Shown in pieces: positions 11,699 through 25,459 of a DNA stretch of 64,000 bases. The translations under genes were made by a program, and so were the position numbers. The stretch covers positions 10,046,001 to 10,110,000 of the forward strand of contig NC_087250.1 in the NCBI RefSeq assembly GCF_037042905.1, given 5' to 3'. This DNA comes from Lytechinus pictus (taxonomy: Eukaryota). The notes beneath the pieces were generated by a model, which saw only the letters and a program-made list of their open reading frames with translations, was not told where the DNA came from and did no database searches. Within the stretch, counting starts at the first letter, position 1, and every line of letters starts with the position of its first letter.

Positions 11699-14552
11699 GC
11701 ACACATAAATATAGTGTGTATCAGAAAAAGTAGTCAATAATTTATTTCGATATGATAAACTACAAAACTTTTCATTAAGACTTTACCTAAACCTCGGATG
11801 TCCTGAGGTTAAATTTGTCCCAAATGAATTGATCTAGAGAACAATACTTCCATGTGTATATAAATTATATACATGCATTTATATGTCTGTATGCATATAT
11901 ATATATAAATATACAAGAATTATACATCCCTTAAATATAGCAAAGTAAAGCGTCTTTATTAGTATGAATAGAGCACAAACTGAAGGGAAATTATTTTTTG
12001 ATATAATATTCACATCAATTAACAAAAATGGAGTTTATTTTTTTAAGAGTAGAGAGGCACAATTTCTTAAGAGACACTAATTATTAAATGATAATACTTT
12101 TTAACATGAATATAATGTAAACCTATTTTCACTACATAATAATTCATCAAATATCGATATAAAGCAAACGAATTATTTTACCTAATAATGATAAGGAATC
12201 AATTAAGATATCACATGAACATTGAAAGTTAATCTGATTAGGTCCTGAATTCAATTTCTTTCTTAAGAGTGAATGAACTGTCAACGTCACTTCAGATTTT
12301 CATTCAAAATCACTCTACCGCGACAGTTTTGAGCGTGTTGAATGTTCTTCCAAAGTGTATCAACTACCTCTACCATGCCTACACAACAATGGTTGGTAGA
12401 TAACATTGTCATTGTCGAGTGGGGGCAAAATGTGGTTTTCCCCTTTTCATCTTTTGCGATTGTCCTTTTATTTCAGAACATTACTCTCTGATGTCGTTTG
12501 GTAAACACTGATCTGTTTATGTTGGTTACCAGGACGACAAGCGACGGCTCTGCATCTGACTTTGCGGTTGAGTTATGAAATATAGTAAAGAACTAACCAA
12601 AGTTATCTTTCTCACAACAGAAGCATGTGTGTGTGTGTCTGTGAGGGTGTGCGCGCGCGTGTGTCGGGGTGCGTGTGTTGAAAAAAAAAGTGTGTGTGTG
12701 CGGTCGGCGTGTGCGGGTTGTGACTGGCTGCGCGCTTGTGGTTTTATCAGAAGTGTAGAAGTTTTCCATCATGATCTTATTGCAACTTGGTAAAATAGAT
12801 GCAAAAAACATATGGTTACCGGCAATTATGTAGATAAGGACATTGTAAATAAAATAGAATGAAGATATCAAAGCCACTGATTACTTACGATATTTCAAAT
12901 CACGCAGAAACCTTCCACTGCAAAATATAATGTCGTAACTCCAGACGTAGGCTTCTGAAGAAAAACAAATGGCACTGATATGAAGTCATCTATCGATCTT
13001 TCTGTCTGCAGCGTTATGTTGTAGTAACGGACCAACGGAGGGATGAGTAATACATGGTTCTGACAATTGATAAAATGTTGTATTTGTCATGTTACCATTC
13101 ATGCTTAGCTGTCAATTATTACTTGGCAATGAGCATTCGTGAAGGGCTCATGACAGTGCCACTGTGCCTTTCTGTTTTTGTTTTAATTATTTTTATATTT
13201 TTTAGATTAATTTATCAATTGTTTGATATATTTATTAGTGTAATTAATTTTTTTTGGGGGGTACAGTAAAGATTGAAAGTCATAAATTAACGAGACATTT
13301 AAATCTTACATATATTTCTTCCCATCTCTCTCTCTATATATATATATTTTTCATCTTTTCAAGTGTCTGCCTCTCTATCGGGTCTCTCTTTCTATCGTTC
13401 TCTCTCTAACTCTTTTTATCTGTCTATCGATCTTTCTATATCTATCTATCCAGTCATCTGATATTCTTTAGCAGTCAGGTTACTCGATCCCACGTATAGC
13501 GATTTTTTCTATTATTTTTTATTAATTTTTTGGGAAGGGAATTTTTAGTTAGGAGGGGGTTTCGTTTGTTTTTCGGGGATGTTGATTTTTACTAGCATTT
13601 CATTGATTTTTCTGTTCAGCTTGGCACTGGCAAAACTGCTTTTGAGAGCTCACTGCTGAAATGCCATCATTAAGAATACAATGCAACTCGTACGTTCCAT
13701 ACAGACAGGCGCCACCATCGTTTACCATCATGTGAGGCTTGGTAGCTTCAAAGAGGAAAATCACTATGACATAAATGTTACTGCAAAAATTGCACAAAGA
13801 AGTAATAAAGATATTGGTGAAGCTTTTTGGTTCGTGACCTCAAATGCGAGCAGCTTTCCAATCTAGGTCTATCGTGTACTAAACAAAAATCAATGAAATG
13901 TAATTTTGTCTCCCCCCCCCCCCCCGCCCTGCCAAAAAATTGTATTGTTTTTATTTTAACTTCAGTATATGATCTCACACCCACCCATGGAAGAAAAAAA
14001 AAATCACGAACCATTGGAAATGAAATGTATGTGTTTGATATCACATATGGGCAGCTACTCGTACATGTATATGACGTCGGTTTTTCCTAAAACCTCCTCA
14101 AATATTTTTTTTCTGGTATTTTAGAACAAACCTTAAATGTTATCATGTATTACATTTCGTTGTAACATTATAAGTATTTGTTTTTAAATTGGTAAATGAA
14201 ATAAATTTAAAAAATCACTTTGTGTGCTGCAATGTAATAAAAGAGCCCTTTTGAAAAATATACCCTTTCCCAAATAAAGCTGATAGAATTAAGATTTCAA
14301 TGGCAAACCCGAAGATTTAAATGACACACTAGAGAGTTTTCGCTATCACGACGCGATCACTCTCTACAACGCACCAATTTATTTGGAAAAATGCAAGTCA
14401 AATCACAATGGAGATCTGAGAGGCTTTTGTCGAAAGTAGGTGGACCGGGACGCGAAATTATTTTTGCCACCGCAGTTCTGGAAGCCAATCTGAATATTCA
14501 TGACTTGCGTCTTCGGAACAAGAGTACGCATGCGCGTGGACTTGATTTTACA

Positions 14553-16690
14553 AAATCCTAGAGCAGTTCTGGAGATCCACCATTTCAAGACCAACGTTTA
14601 GTTCCAGAGTCCCCTATTTTCTTTTTGGAGAGGCACATATGTAATTTGATTACCGGGGATTTAAAAAAACGGAGTAAATCTATTGTCAAATGTCAGCAAG
14701 GAAGTTTTGTCGAAAATTGGTAATCAACAGGGGCCGCGGAACGGTTTTCAAAGTGGGGGGCTGAGCCAAAAGTGGGGGGGGCTGACCATGCAAAAAATCA
14801 CAATCATATGGTAATTTTTACGTTTTTTTACAGGTTTTTTTTTAAATAGTGGGGGGAGGCTGAAGCCCCCCAGCCCCCCCCCCCCCCCGCTTCCGCTGCC
14901 CCTGATCAAAACAGCAATGTAGTCCTTGATTTTGGACAAGGTTTTCAATAATCTTCTACACAGACTTCTTAGTTGTTCTTTGCCATTTTACGGCCAGTTT
15001 ACAATACTATTTTTCCTGTTCTTGAATATTCCGTAGGTTGCGGTGTTTGCTGTACAAAACTCCTTAATGTCAAAGTTTAAATCAGTTCAGTTTAATCAAG
15101 CATTTATTTTCTTCCGATTGTCATTTCATTCAATATCATATAAAATATACAAATCAAAAACATGGTTAAAAATATGAATGTAAATACAGTATGCAATTTA
15201 TGTAAATGGAAGATGGCATGAAAACCCTGAAAGCGGGTGCTTGTTTATAGGGACACGCCTGCTCGGAATATTTCTTTCGGACTGTTCGGATTGTTTCTAT
15301 CAATCCATGGCCTCGTTGTTGGTGACCATCACCGGATCAAAGTAAAGAAGAATGAAGAGAATGATACTTATACCGCTTTCAGTAACTCGCTGCTCCGGAC
15401 CAGTCCTGGTGGGTGTTTCATAAAGCTGTTCGTAAGATAAGAGCAACTTTAAGAACGACTGGAGATCCTTTCTTTTGGTAAATGGTATACACCATTGGCG
15501 ATGGTTTAGTGCGTAAGAAAGGTTCACCAGTCGTTCTTAAAGTCGCTCTTAACTTACGAACAGCTTTATGAAACGGCCCCCTGCATGGGCTAAGTCGTAA
15601 AATGTAGAGTTTATGAATGTTTATGAAATCCTAGAGCAGTTCTGGAGATCCACCATTTCAAGACCAACGTTTAGTTCCAGAGTCCCCTATTTTCTTTTTG
15701 GAGAGGCACATATGTAATTTGATTACCGGGGATTTAAAAAAACGGAGTAAATCTATTGTCAAATGTCAGCAAGGAAGTTTTGTCGAAAATTGGTAATCAA
15801 CAGGGGCCGCGGAACGGTTTTCAAAGTGGGGGGCTGAGCCAAAAGTGGGGGGGCTGACCATGCAAAAAATCACAATCATATGGTAATTTTTACGTTTTTT
15901 TACAGGTTTTTTTTTAAATAGTGGGGGGAGGCTGAAGCCCCCCAGCCCCCCCCCCCCCCCCCGCTTCCGCTGCCCCTGATCAAAACAGCAATGTAGTCCT
16001 TGATTTTGGACAAAGTTTTCAATAATCTTCTACACAGACTTCTTAGTTGTTCTTTGCCATTTTACGGCCAGTTTACAATACTATTTTTCCTGTTCTTGAA
16101 TATTCCGTAGGTTGCGGTGTTTGCTGTACAAAACTCCTTAATGTCAAAGTTTAAATCAGTTCAGTTTAATCAAGCATTTATTTTCTTCCGATTGTCATTT
16201 CATTCAATATCATATAAAATATACAAATCAAAAACATGGTAAAAAAATATGAATGTAAATACAATATGCAATTTATGTAAATGGAAGATGGCATGAAAAC
16301 CCTGAAAGCGGGTGCTTGTTTATAAGGACACGCCTGCTCGGAATATTTCTTTCGGACTGTTCGGATTGTTTCTATCAATCCATGGCCTCGTTGTTGGTGA
16401 CCATCACCGGATCAAAGTAAAGAAGAATGAAGAGAATGATACTTATACCGCTTTCAGTAACTCGCTGCTCCGGACCAGTCCTGGTGGGTGTTTCATAAAG
16501 CTGTTCGTAAGATAAGAGCAACTTTAAGAACGACTGGAGATCCTTTCTTTTGGTAAATGGTATACACCATAGGCGATGGTTTAGTGCGTAAGAAAGGTTC
16601 ACCAGTCGTTCTTAAAGTCGCTCTTAACTTACGAACAGCTTTATGAAACGGCCCCCTGGGCTAAGTCGTAAAATGTAGAGTTTATGAATG
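14553..16690 (+). repeat. Recent ~1.07-kb tandem duplication (14553-15619; 15626-16690)
   Basis: Near-identical units starting aaatcctagagcagttctggag; duplicated ORFs 15237/16312; each unit carries a CAGGGGC...GCCCCTG hAT-like MITE and a gtttcataaagc...gctttatgaaac MITE. Confidence 0.95.
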
Positions 16691-17037
16691 CCGCGGGCTA
16701 AAATAACCCCCCCCCCCTCCCCCCCCCAGGCCTTGGCAAGTTTGGTGCTGATTTTATCAGCACCAGACAGGCGCCGGGCCCGCATGCCCGAGTTTTGGGT
16801 GATCGTAAAAGTAGCGAGGCTCTGCCATAATAGCTGAATGCAATTTTATTTTGTGGTGTGGACTATTTTTAGTGCGGGCCTGGTGGGGACCAAAATAATC
16901 ACGTGTTACTGAAAACAGTATTAGATGGCAATGACAGTAATTTGTTCGTGAAATCCATAATCTGATGAATGCTCATCTCTTTGTTGGTCCATGACGCTTC
17001 GGTATCCTGACTAATACGGCCATTGTTTAAGAACATA

Positions 17038-17283
17038 CACTGTTAAAAACATTCTACTTAAAAAAGACAGAAATTCCTGCAGCAGAGTCTCGAGAATACC
17101 TGTAACCTTACAAATATATTGTAATAAAACTTTTCCCCCTTTTTTTAAACAGACATTTTCTGTAAAATTGTAGAAAAATTGCACAAAATTTTTCCTATTA
17201 TAGCCATTTACAGGATAATTTGTTATTTATTTCTGTAAAATCGAATTGTTCTTCTGTAAGATCTTTTGTTTTTTCTAACAGTG
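17038..17283. mobile_element. CACTG-ended MITE
   Basis: TA|CACTGTTAAAAA...TTTTCTAACAGTG|TA. Confidence 0.7.
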
Positions 17284-17580
17284 TACGAATCGAATAGGCA
17301 AAATGTTCTTCAGATATTTGACTCTTGAAAATATCTTTTTTTTTTTCTTCAAAAATAAATCAGATGGCAATGACCGTCATGTGTACGTGAATCGATTAAC
17401 TAACCGATTAATGCCCACTTCTTTGCATAGGTCCTTTATGTTTCGGAATCTTTGGTACGTCAGTACCCATTGACTACGAACATACCAATCGAATAATCGA
17501 ATAGGCAAAATATTCTTCAGGTATTTGGCTCTTTAAGATATCAATCCCGTTTTCCATGGTCTTCCGAAATTAGTTCATAT

Positions 17581-20500
17581 TCACGCACGCTTACTGATCG
17601 TCTCTTCGCCTCGTCTTTTGATGAGAACGACTACGACGAGGAGATTGATGACTGCAATGGCATGTATGAAGCCGATGATGATGAAGACCTTCGTAAAAGA
17701 TTGGGTGACATCGATGAGGTAACCTATGGAATGATATCGATAAAATGGAATATGATAAATACAGTAAAATAATGATTGCAATAAAAGTTATTTACTACAG
17801 CACTTAAAGGGGTACTCCAGGCTGAAGTTAATATGATTTTAAATCAGACAAACAAAACACTGAAAATTTAATCAAAATCGGACAAGGAATAACGAAGTAA
17901 TGACGTTTTAAAGTTTAGCATTTTCCGGTGAAACAGTTCTAGGCAGTGTTGTACTGCCTTGATGCTCGGCCTTGGCTTTAAGGCCTACTTTTTCAAAGCC
18001 TTGGCCTTGAGAGGGCCTTGGCCTTGAGGATTTTGAGCCTTGAAATATCAAGGCATTTTCAAGGCTTTTTCAAGGTAGCACTAGCTGCAGCAGTAGTAAG
18101 TGTACTAGCAGTGCCATCAATTGTAATTATCACCATTATCAAGGATTACCATCACATATTTAACAAAGACAACAGCAGTGATGAAAAATAACATTATTTG
18201 GTAATGTGCTGTAATCATGACTAATGATGATAATGACAATATTAATAATGATAATGATGGCAACAATGATTATGATAAAGATGTGATTTGATGAGAAGTA
18301 TAATTCTGACAGATCTGACTGCAATTTTGACAGCATGATATCATTCTATAGTCTACAGAATGATATCATGGTTGATTTCTATTCCATTATGATTTTGTTT
18401 GGCCAACAAGAATGTTTTTAGTCTGAAATATATTTGAAAAGATTTGGTAAACTTGAACACAATCTTCAATTTTGTCATAGGTTATGTCAATAGGTTATGG
18501 CATGATGAGCCACAAATTTTTAGGGGCCAAGCATGGGATGCAGAGCCAGATTTCTGCCCCAAAAAGTTGAGAGCCATTAAAGCGAGCGAGCGAGCAAAAT
18601 TTTTCACCCTCTTACTATAAGAAAAGCTAATTTTGTGATAGATTGTGACAATATCTGGTCGCATTAGACTCACAAGGTGAGAACAGAAAGGTTCAGAACG
18701 TCCTTTATACCTTTGGCATCAAAGTGCTATAATGCAAAATTTGTGAGATAATAGACAATGCTATTCTAATCTAATTTATTCACTTAATGTAATCATGTAT
18801 CCACTTAATAGCTCCTGGTACCTGTCTGCATGCTTGAGTACCCACCTTAGATCGCATTATTCCACTGTGGTGACACTTTGTTTCATACAGTGGGCCAGTG
18901 GTTGGTGTCGTGTAGTGGGTGCTCAAGCATGCAGACAGGGTATATTTATGTATATTTATTTTATTGATGTATTTATACTACATGTATGTATTATTTTGAT
19001 GTATTGTATTTATAGTTTGTGAATGATTTTTTTTTATGCACTTTTTGTTAAGAAAGGAGTCCGAGGACAATTTTTGTGTTTTTTATACATGACAATAAAA
19101 TGAATTGAATTGAATTGAATTGAATATGTTTAGAAAAAGATATAACATTTATTCCTTTTTCTTTCCTTTTTTTCTCCTTTTCTAAGTTTATTCTAGGTGG
19201 TGGAACTTTTTTTTTTTTTTGGGGGGGGGGTTCGGATATGGAATGGGAAGAGAAGGAGAGAGAAGGGGGAGAAACATGTGAGGACGTAAGAAAGATGGGG
19301 TGACATATTTGGCTGGTTAGGAAGAATAAACTGCAAAATCAGTTAATATGTTGATAAGCAGTACATCTTTTTCTTAATTGTATATATTTTGTTTTGGGTC
19401 TAGTGGCTAAGACTGACAAAACAAAGTAAAAAAGTGTTTACTTCTTTTTAATCATATGGTTCGACAGTAAATTTCATTTCAGTACAGTTGCAAGGGGATA
19501 AACAACGTATTTATTTTTGTGTCAATATGTTTCAAAGGAGAACTCTATTTTACTGTAATTAAGATATACCCTCCCCCCCCCCCCAACTAAGGGTATGGGG
19601 TGCGCCCCGTTTATTTCATATCCTTTTGAATATAACTTTATTTTGTAAAATAAGTGTAGAAAATACAAGAAATGATAATTGAAATTGAAAAGTGGTTGTA
19701 AGCAGAAAAAATCCATGAAAACTGACAAGATTCCTCAAAATGACTCATTTTCATGTCAGCATTTGATAATCTCAACTTGTGCTTTGTACTCTCTTGCCCC
19801 CCCCCCCCCCAAAAAAAAAAGAAATACCTTTTTAATAGTAAAACATAATACATTTTAGGTTCGAAAATCACTAAATTTTGGATCGCGCTCGCATCAATTA
19901 TTGTTAAGTGCGGTACTAATACTGTTCATGATTACAAAAATGTTTAGAATGTCCAGTTTTCAGGTTGGAATATCACAAATTTTTGGCTTTCGTTCTGCAC
20001 TCGCATAAATTATTGTTAAGTAATGTACTCGTTATGTTCCAGTTTAACCACAAAAATGCTTAGAATGTCCATTTTGAGGTTGGAGAATCACAAAGTTTTG
20101 AGCTTGCACTTTGCGCTCGCATTATTTGATTGGTGAGTTATGTATCTTATTTATGAGTCACTAAATGCAGGCCTTAACAGGTTCCTTTTCTGATCAGTAT
20201 ATTACAAATTTCAGCTCGCGCTGCGCACTCGCGTTTACTCTTTAGTTAGATACACATCTTTTTCATAAAAGAGCTCAGAACAGCTCAGAATATTTAATGT
20301 TTATGTCTTATTACAAAATGTCCAGAAGTTTGAGCTCGTGATACACGCTGGTAACATCTCGCAAGGATGCCCTTTTAACAGTGATTAGCGCCATAATTGA
20401 CAAAAAATCAAGTTTTACGAGTTAAGAATTGATTTTTTTTCAAAACCGCTTGCTCGCTACGCTTCCTCGCGGAAAAGTAAAGCCTAAAATAAATTATCTA

Positions 20501-23500
20501 ACTTATCAATTAGAAATCACTTTAAAAAGGCTTTGCTCAACTTAATTTCTACAAAACACACAACTACTTCACACATTTGATAAATCTTTTTGCACCAAAA
20601 TGCAAATTTTTTACATAAAAGTGCCCTTTTGGGCTTTGACCTCCCCCCCCCCCCCCCCCGAAACAAAAATATTTTCTGCCACCCCTGTCCAAGAGAGTGG
20701 AGAAAGGCATACTTTGAGAATGGGCATGGCAGGATCAGATGACATTGGTAATAATTATTGCGATATAAATCGCCTAGAAAAATAATGTATTTCATGTACG
20801 AAGGTAACTATATTATAATTTTAATATTATGTCTAAATCTATCATGAAATTTTTTTTTTTACATGTACAAGGGTCAAAAATTTTGCTTGCTCACACCTTT
20901 TATACATCTTGCCCTGTGTGTCATGTATGCCGACTAAGCATTGTTGGCTCATTGTTCCATAAATCGGAAGTTTGAAATGCCTTGGCCTTGGCCTTGACCT
21001 TGACCTTGAGGTTTTCAGGTTTTGGCCTTGGCCTTGGATTTTCATGCCTTGGCCTTGGGTATTGAAGCCTTGGCCTTGGCCTTGGAGGTTTGGGCCTTGA
21101 CTACAACACTGGTTCTAGGCATGTCTTCATGAATATTCAATGAGCAATTAGATGATGTCATATCCCCATTTGTTCTTTTGTATTTTATTATATTAAATTA
21201 GGTTAATTCAAAAATGTTCCTCCAAGAACTACAAAGATTGGATTCACAACTGATTTAGTGCATTAGATATTCATTGCTGCAACTTTTTCCATTATAATGG
21301 AGACATACTATTCACACATGTATGAAATAATGAAACAATTAAGATTTCATGTAATGACGTAAGAAAGGGGAAAGTAGGGATGTGACATCATCAGTCAACC
21401 TAATGAATATTCATGACGACGTGCAAATCACTTTTTACAAAATATTGCTCAACTGTAAAATTCAATAAAGGGTATTGTGGTTTGCGATGCATCTCGAATA
21501 TTTTGTGGGCAAGTCGTTTTACTAAAACTACATTGTGTCTTATCGTGCCAAGTATCAGTCCCTAGTTCAAAGTTGATTTCTGATTTTATTCACTGAGTCT
21601 ACTTTAGTCCCGCCGTTCTCACTGCACCCATAAGATTGCATCCCTGAAATATGTAAATACCCTAAATGTCAGTCAGGAAATGATTTTCTACCACTGACAT
21701 TTTCTGACTGTTGTGGCCCCTTTAAACCGCGATTTGTCTTTAGGTCATCTTAGCAATTACTTCCCAGACGCCTTCCAATTTTTTCGTAAGACAACGTGCT
21801 GTCCGTCCTGCGACACTCACATTCGACAATGACCTCTAATCTTTCCATTGTGATTTGACTGTCATTTTCAGTACATTTTCAACGTTCCAAAAAGCGTCTG
21901 CGAAATGGATGCTAAAATACGCCATTAGATCAATAACGCACGGAACTGAGTGTGTGAGTGGAAATCCAGTACACGTGAGTTTTTTATTCTTCTTCTTCTT
22001 GTTATTATTATTAACGTTTTAACTGTAGATGGGTGGTTTAAAATTAGTGCACAGTGTGCACCAATTCAAGAACCCAAATTTTATTTCCGTAGGCCTATAC
22101 TTTTATACATAAGATCGTAAATGTATTATTTTTATAGGACATCGCAGAAAACTCGGGACTCTAAAAGTTATAAGCAATGGTAAAATTTGTGGTGCGTTCC
22201 TTCGATTTTACATTAGCACTGGTCATGTTTTCGGTCCACCTACTTTTGCGTCTTGTGACCAATCGCGATCCTTGAAATAATACATATTTTGTAAAGTGGC
22301 AGTGCCGTTCAAATCTGTTCAGAAGGACAAAATCGTGATACTCAGTATGGAATGGACTCCTGTCATGCCGAAGGCTCCACTTACCTGTCAATAACCCTCC
22401 ACATGCAATGCCGACTCCGCACATGAAGCTGTAAAGCGACAAGGCTATGTCAAAATTCGCCTCGTCAAAGACCGCTTTCTTGGACAGGCTGATATACACA
22501 TTGTCCTCGATGAAAAAGCAGAGCCCCTGTGTAAATGCCAGGACAGCCCGAATAGGATAATCGGAGCCGATGAAATCCAACAACAAGGAGACAGTACAGA
22601 TTGTACCTGCGATGATATACACGACTAAATCATTGGCGCCATGTTTGAGGAGGATCATGAGGACGGAGCGACCAATCACGCCAGCTATACCGCCGATTGT
22701 GGATAGATAGATAGCTCTGGGTGGAGGAATACCCAACTCCTCGGCATGGGAAACCAGAAACAGCATCCAGGCATAGATTATATAATTCATCAAGAACGCA
22801 ATCGGAATTGAAACAACGAAGATCCTTTCCTGGAGTAGTCCGTGACACAGAACCGCTGGCGCGTTTCGGGCAGGGACAGGCTCGCATTGGATCAACCGTC
22901 TTTTCTCTTGGCAGGTTTCTTTGCAATTCTCATCCTCTCGTTCCTCCCCCTGTGATTCCTCCTCCGTCTTCCCTTCCTCCTCCCAGTGAAGATGCATATC
23001 CGTCTCGTTCATCAATTCGCCATTTTCATTCCCACGCTTGTGTTTACTCTCCGCATTCCCATGGTTGTTGGATCCGCCAGTTCTGCTAGCATCTCCGTTG
23101 CCTACCGCCTTCCGAATCGCAGCGCCGCATACGAGTGTATGAAGTGTAATAGCACCGAGAATGAGGAAGGCACCTTCGTATCCATAAGCTTGAAGCGATT
23201 TTTCAATCACAATAGGCATCAACATAGAACCTAATGTGTAGCCATATGAAGTTAATGTGCTCCAAAAAACAAAATGTTCTTGAAAGGAGTCGTTCAGTGC
23301 GAGGTTTAATGGTGTGAAGGTCATTGAAAATCCAGCACCTGAAAAATAAAATGTTGATGAGGGTATTAATAATGATAGTATAATATAATTGATGATATAA
23401 TAATGATGATGCTAATAGTAAGAAGAAGAAGAAGAATATTGCTTAAAAATAAATAACATTAATGATAATGATAATAAATTATAATAATTACAATTATATT

Positions 23501-25357
23501 ATTATATTATTAATAACAATATAGCACCATTTATCGAGAGTCAGAACTAAGAAACCACGTGAAAGGTCAGGTTCTTGACGGTAAAGGTTGGTCTCAGACG
23601 TAAACAGTATATGAATATAAAAACATCATGACAACGAGGATAATAATAAGAAGAAGAAGGAGGAGGAGGTGAAGAAAATATATAATAGTACATAAAAATA
23701 CCTATAGTAACAATAATGATAATGATAATAAATTATAATTATATTGATTACAATTATAGTATTATTAATAACAATGGTATTGATAATTGTAACAGACATT
23801 TATATAGCGCCATTTATCGAGAGTCACAACTACGAGACCATGTGAAAGGTCAGGTTCTTGACGGTATCTGTAGAATCCCAATAATGCACTCACATCCACG
23901 CCCACACTCAAATGCCCCCACACACAAGAGCACATTATCCTTCTATGATTATTCTCAATTGCTACCCAATATGTTTTATTCTTCATTATACATGAGCAAA
24001 TATTCGTGCTACGTACACATAGAATGTGATAAATTATATACAATCTGTAATAATTTTTTTGTATATTCAACATCCATATTTTACTACATATACCACATGT
24101 GTGATAATTATACCACCGGAAGATGAATTACGTATTTTAATCATTTTGGGGGCCTAGAAAGTTTCTATAAAACCTGTGTTTATTATTTTAATCATTTTTT
24201 GTTATCCATATGAATAATGATAACATATTCAACATTAATCAACGTTCTGGATTATTGTTCTTATTTATCAACAACTTTGTCATGTTAACTAAGGTCCTTA
24301 CACTCTAAGAAACGGAGAGCTAATTTAGCTCTTAAAGAGCGTGACTGCACTTCCGAGTGCTGATTTGGTTTAGTTCAAATTTGAACGAGAAAAATCAGCA
24401 GTCACTATACACGCTCATTAAGAGCTAAATTATCTCTTTGTAGCTCTTCGTTTTTTAGAGTGCAAGAAATACACCTACCTGCTAGAGCGAGAAAGACTCC
24501 GATCGCAATTGTGTTTCTCAGGAAAGCGCAGGCAATAATACATAGACCAGACAAAAGACCCCCTGACATAGCAACAGACCGGTGGTTAGCTAGCCGGAGA
24601 GCGAGTGTTACAAATGGACCTAATATTGTGAGAAAATGGACGAGAACACGGGGTACAATGAGCACGACGATTCATGAACGTCATTGGGCAAAATGCATAT
24701 TTGAAGGGTAAATTTCAACTCAACGTTGCTTGAAATTTTCCAAAATATTTAGTATGTTTTACAATTATTTTAATCATATTTTATTGACTGCGTAAGTGTT
24801 TTTCATGGCAAACTTATTTGTTTTTGTCTTTTTATATATTAAGTTTTACAATTCATCGTGTAAATTTAGTGGTCTAGACTTACTTGATGTAGTTTGTAGA
24901 TTTCTATAGGTGTTTTTTCATAGATGTACATTGTCTTCAATTACTGATGTAAGGACCCCATTGGAAATAAGCCATCTCGGCTTTCATGGGTAATCCTGTC
25001 AAGGTATACACTTCTGTTTATAATTTCCTTGTACTTGTAACATAGTTACCTGACAAATAAAATCAATCAAAAACCAAACAAACATGCATGTTCCCATTTT
25101 ACCCAATATTGGGTGAACTTTTTATAGTGTTTACAGTAAGTGTAATAAACAGAATTCTTACATAGAATATACATGATTGTCGGCGGCATGCTACATATTA
25201 GTCCTACCGTTGCGTAGTCCGACTGAAGACGCTCGACCATCGTAGGAATAAGAACACCGAATGATTTCTCTATTCCGCTATCAATAAACAACATTGTGAA
25301 CTTGCTTAGAACGATCAAGTATTTCCAGTTTCCAACGCCAGTGTTTGCCTCGGCCAT
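17581..25357 (-). CDS. Monocarboxylate transporter-like (SLC16 family, MFS) gene; exons 25357-25162, 24619-24479, 23338-22385, 17723-17581; 477 aa
   Basis: All junctions are GT-AG and phase 1, total 1434 nt, open; MCT-like motifs GNWKYLIV..KSFGV, HRSVAMSGGLL, SLQAYGYEGAFLILGAITLH, acidic central loop, GYLIDVTQSF. Confidence 0.92.
17808..21468. mobile_element. Kolobok-like MITE (TTAA|AGGG start), split by the hAT insertion and 3'-truncated
   Basis: ttaaaggggtactccagg at 17804; the sequence resumes after the TSD at 21120 with the internal inverted repeat catgaatattca/tgaatattcatg. Confidence 0.55.
17944..21111. mobile_element. 3.2-kb non-autonomous hAT element in MCT intron 3
   Basis: TIR CAGTGTTGTA / TACAACACTG; 8-bp TSD GTTCTAGG; subterminal (GGCCTT)n arrays at both ends; further nested repeats inside, including a hairpin at 18821-18940. 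Confidence 0.9.
24301..24462. mobile_element. CACTC-ended MITE in MCT intron 2
   Basis: CACTCTAAGAAACG / CGTTTTTTAGAGTG plus the internal inverted repeat taatttagctcttaa/ttaagagctaaatta. Confidence 0.7.
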
Positions 25358-25428
25358 TTTTTGAAGCTCATTCCAGAAGCAGTAGTCCCTGAAAAGCACG
25401 GTTGTGACCTACAGCTGCCATCCCGATA

Positions 25429-25459
<31 letters not shown>

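Noticed and set aside
22161..22384. C-terminal extension of ORF 22161-23324
   Set aside because: Intron read-through past the GTAAGT donor at 22384; the true last exon is 17723-17581
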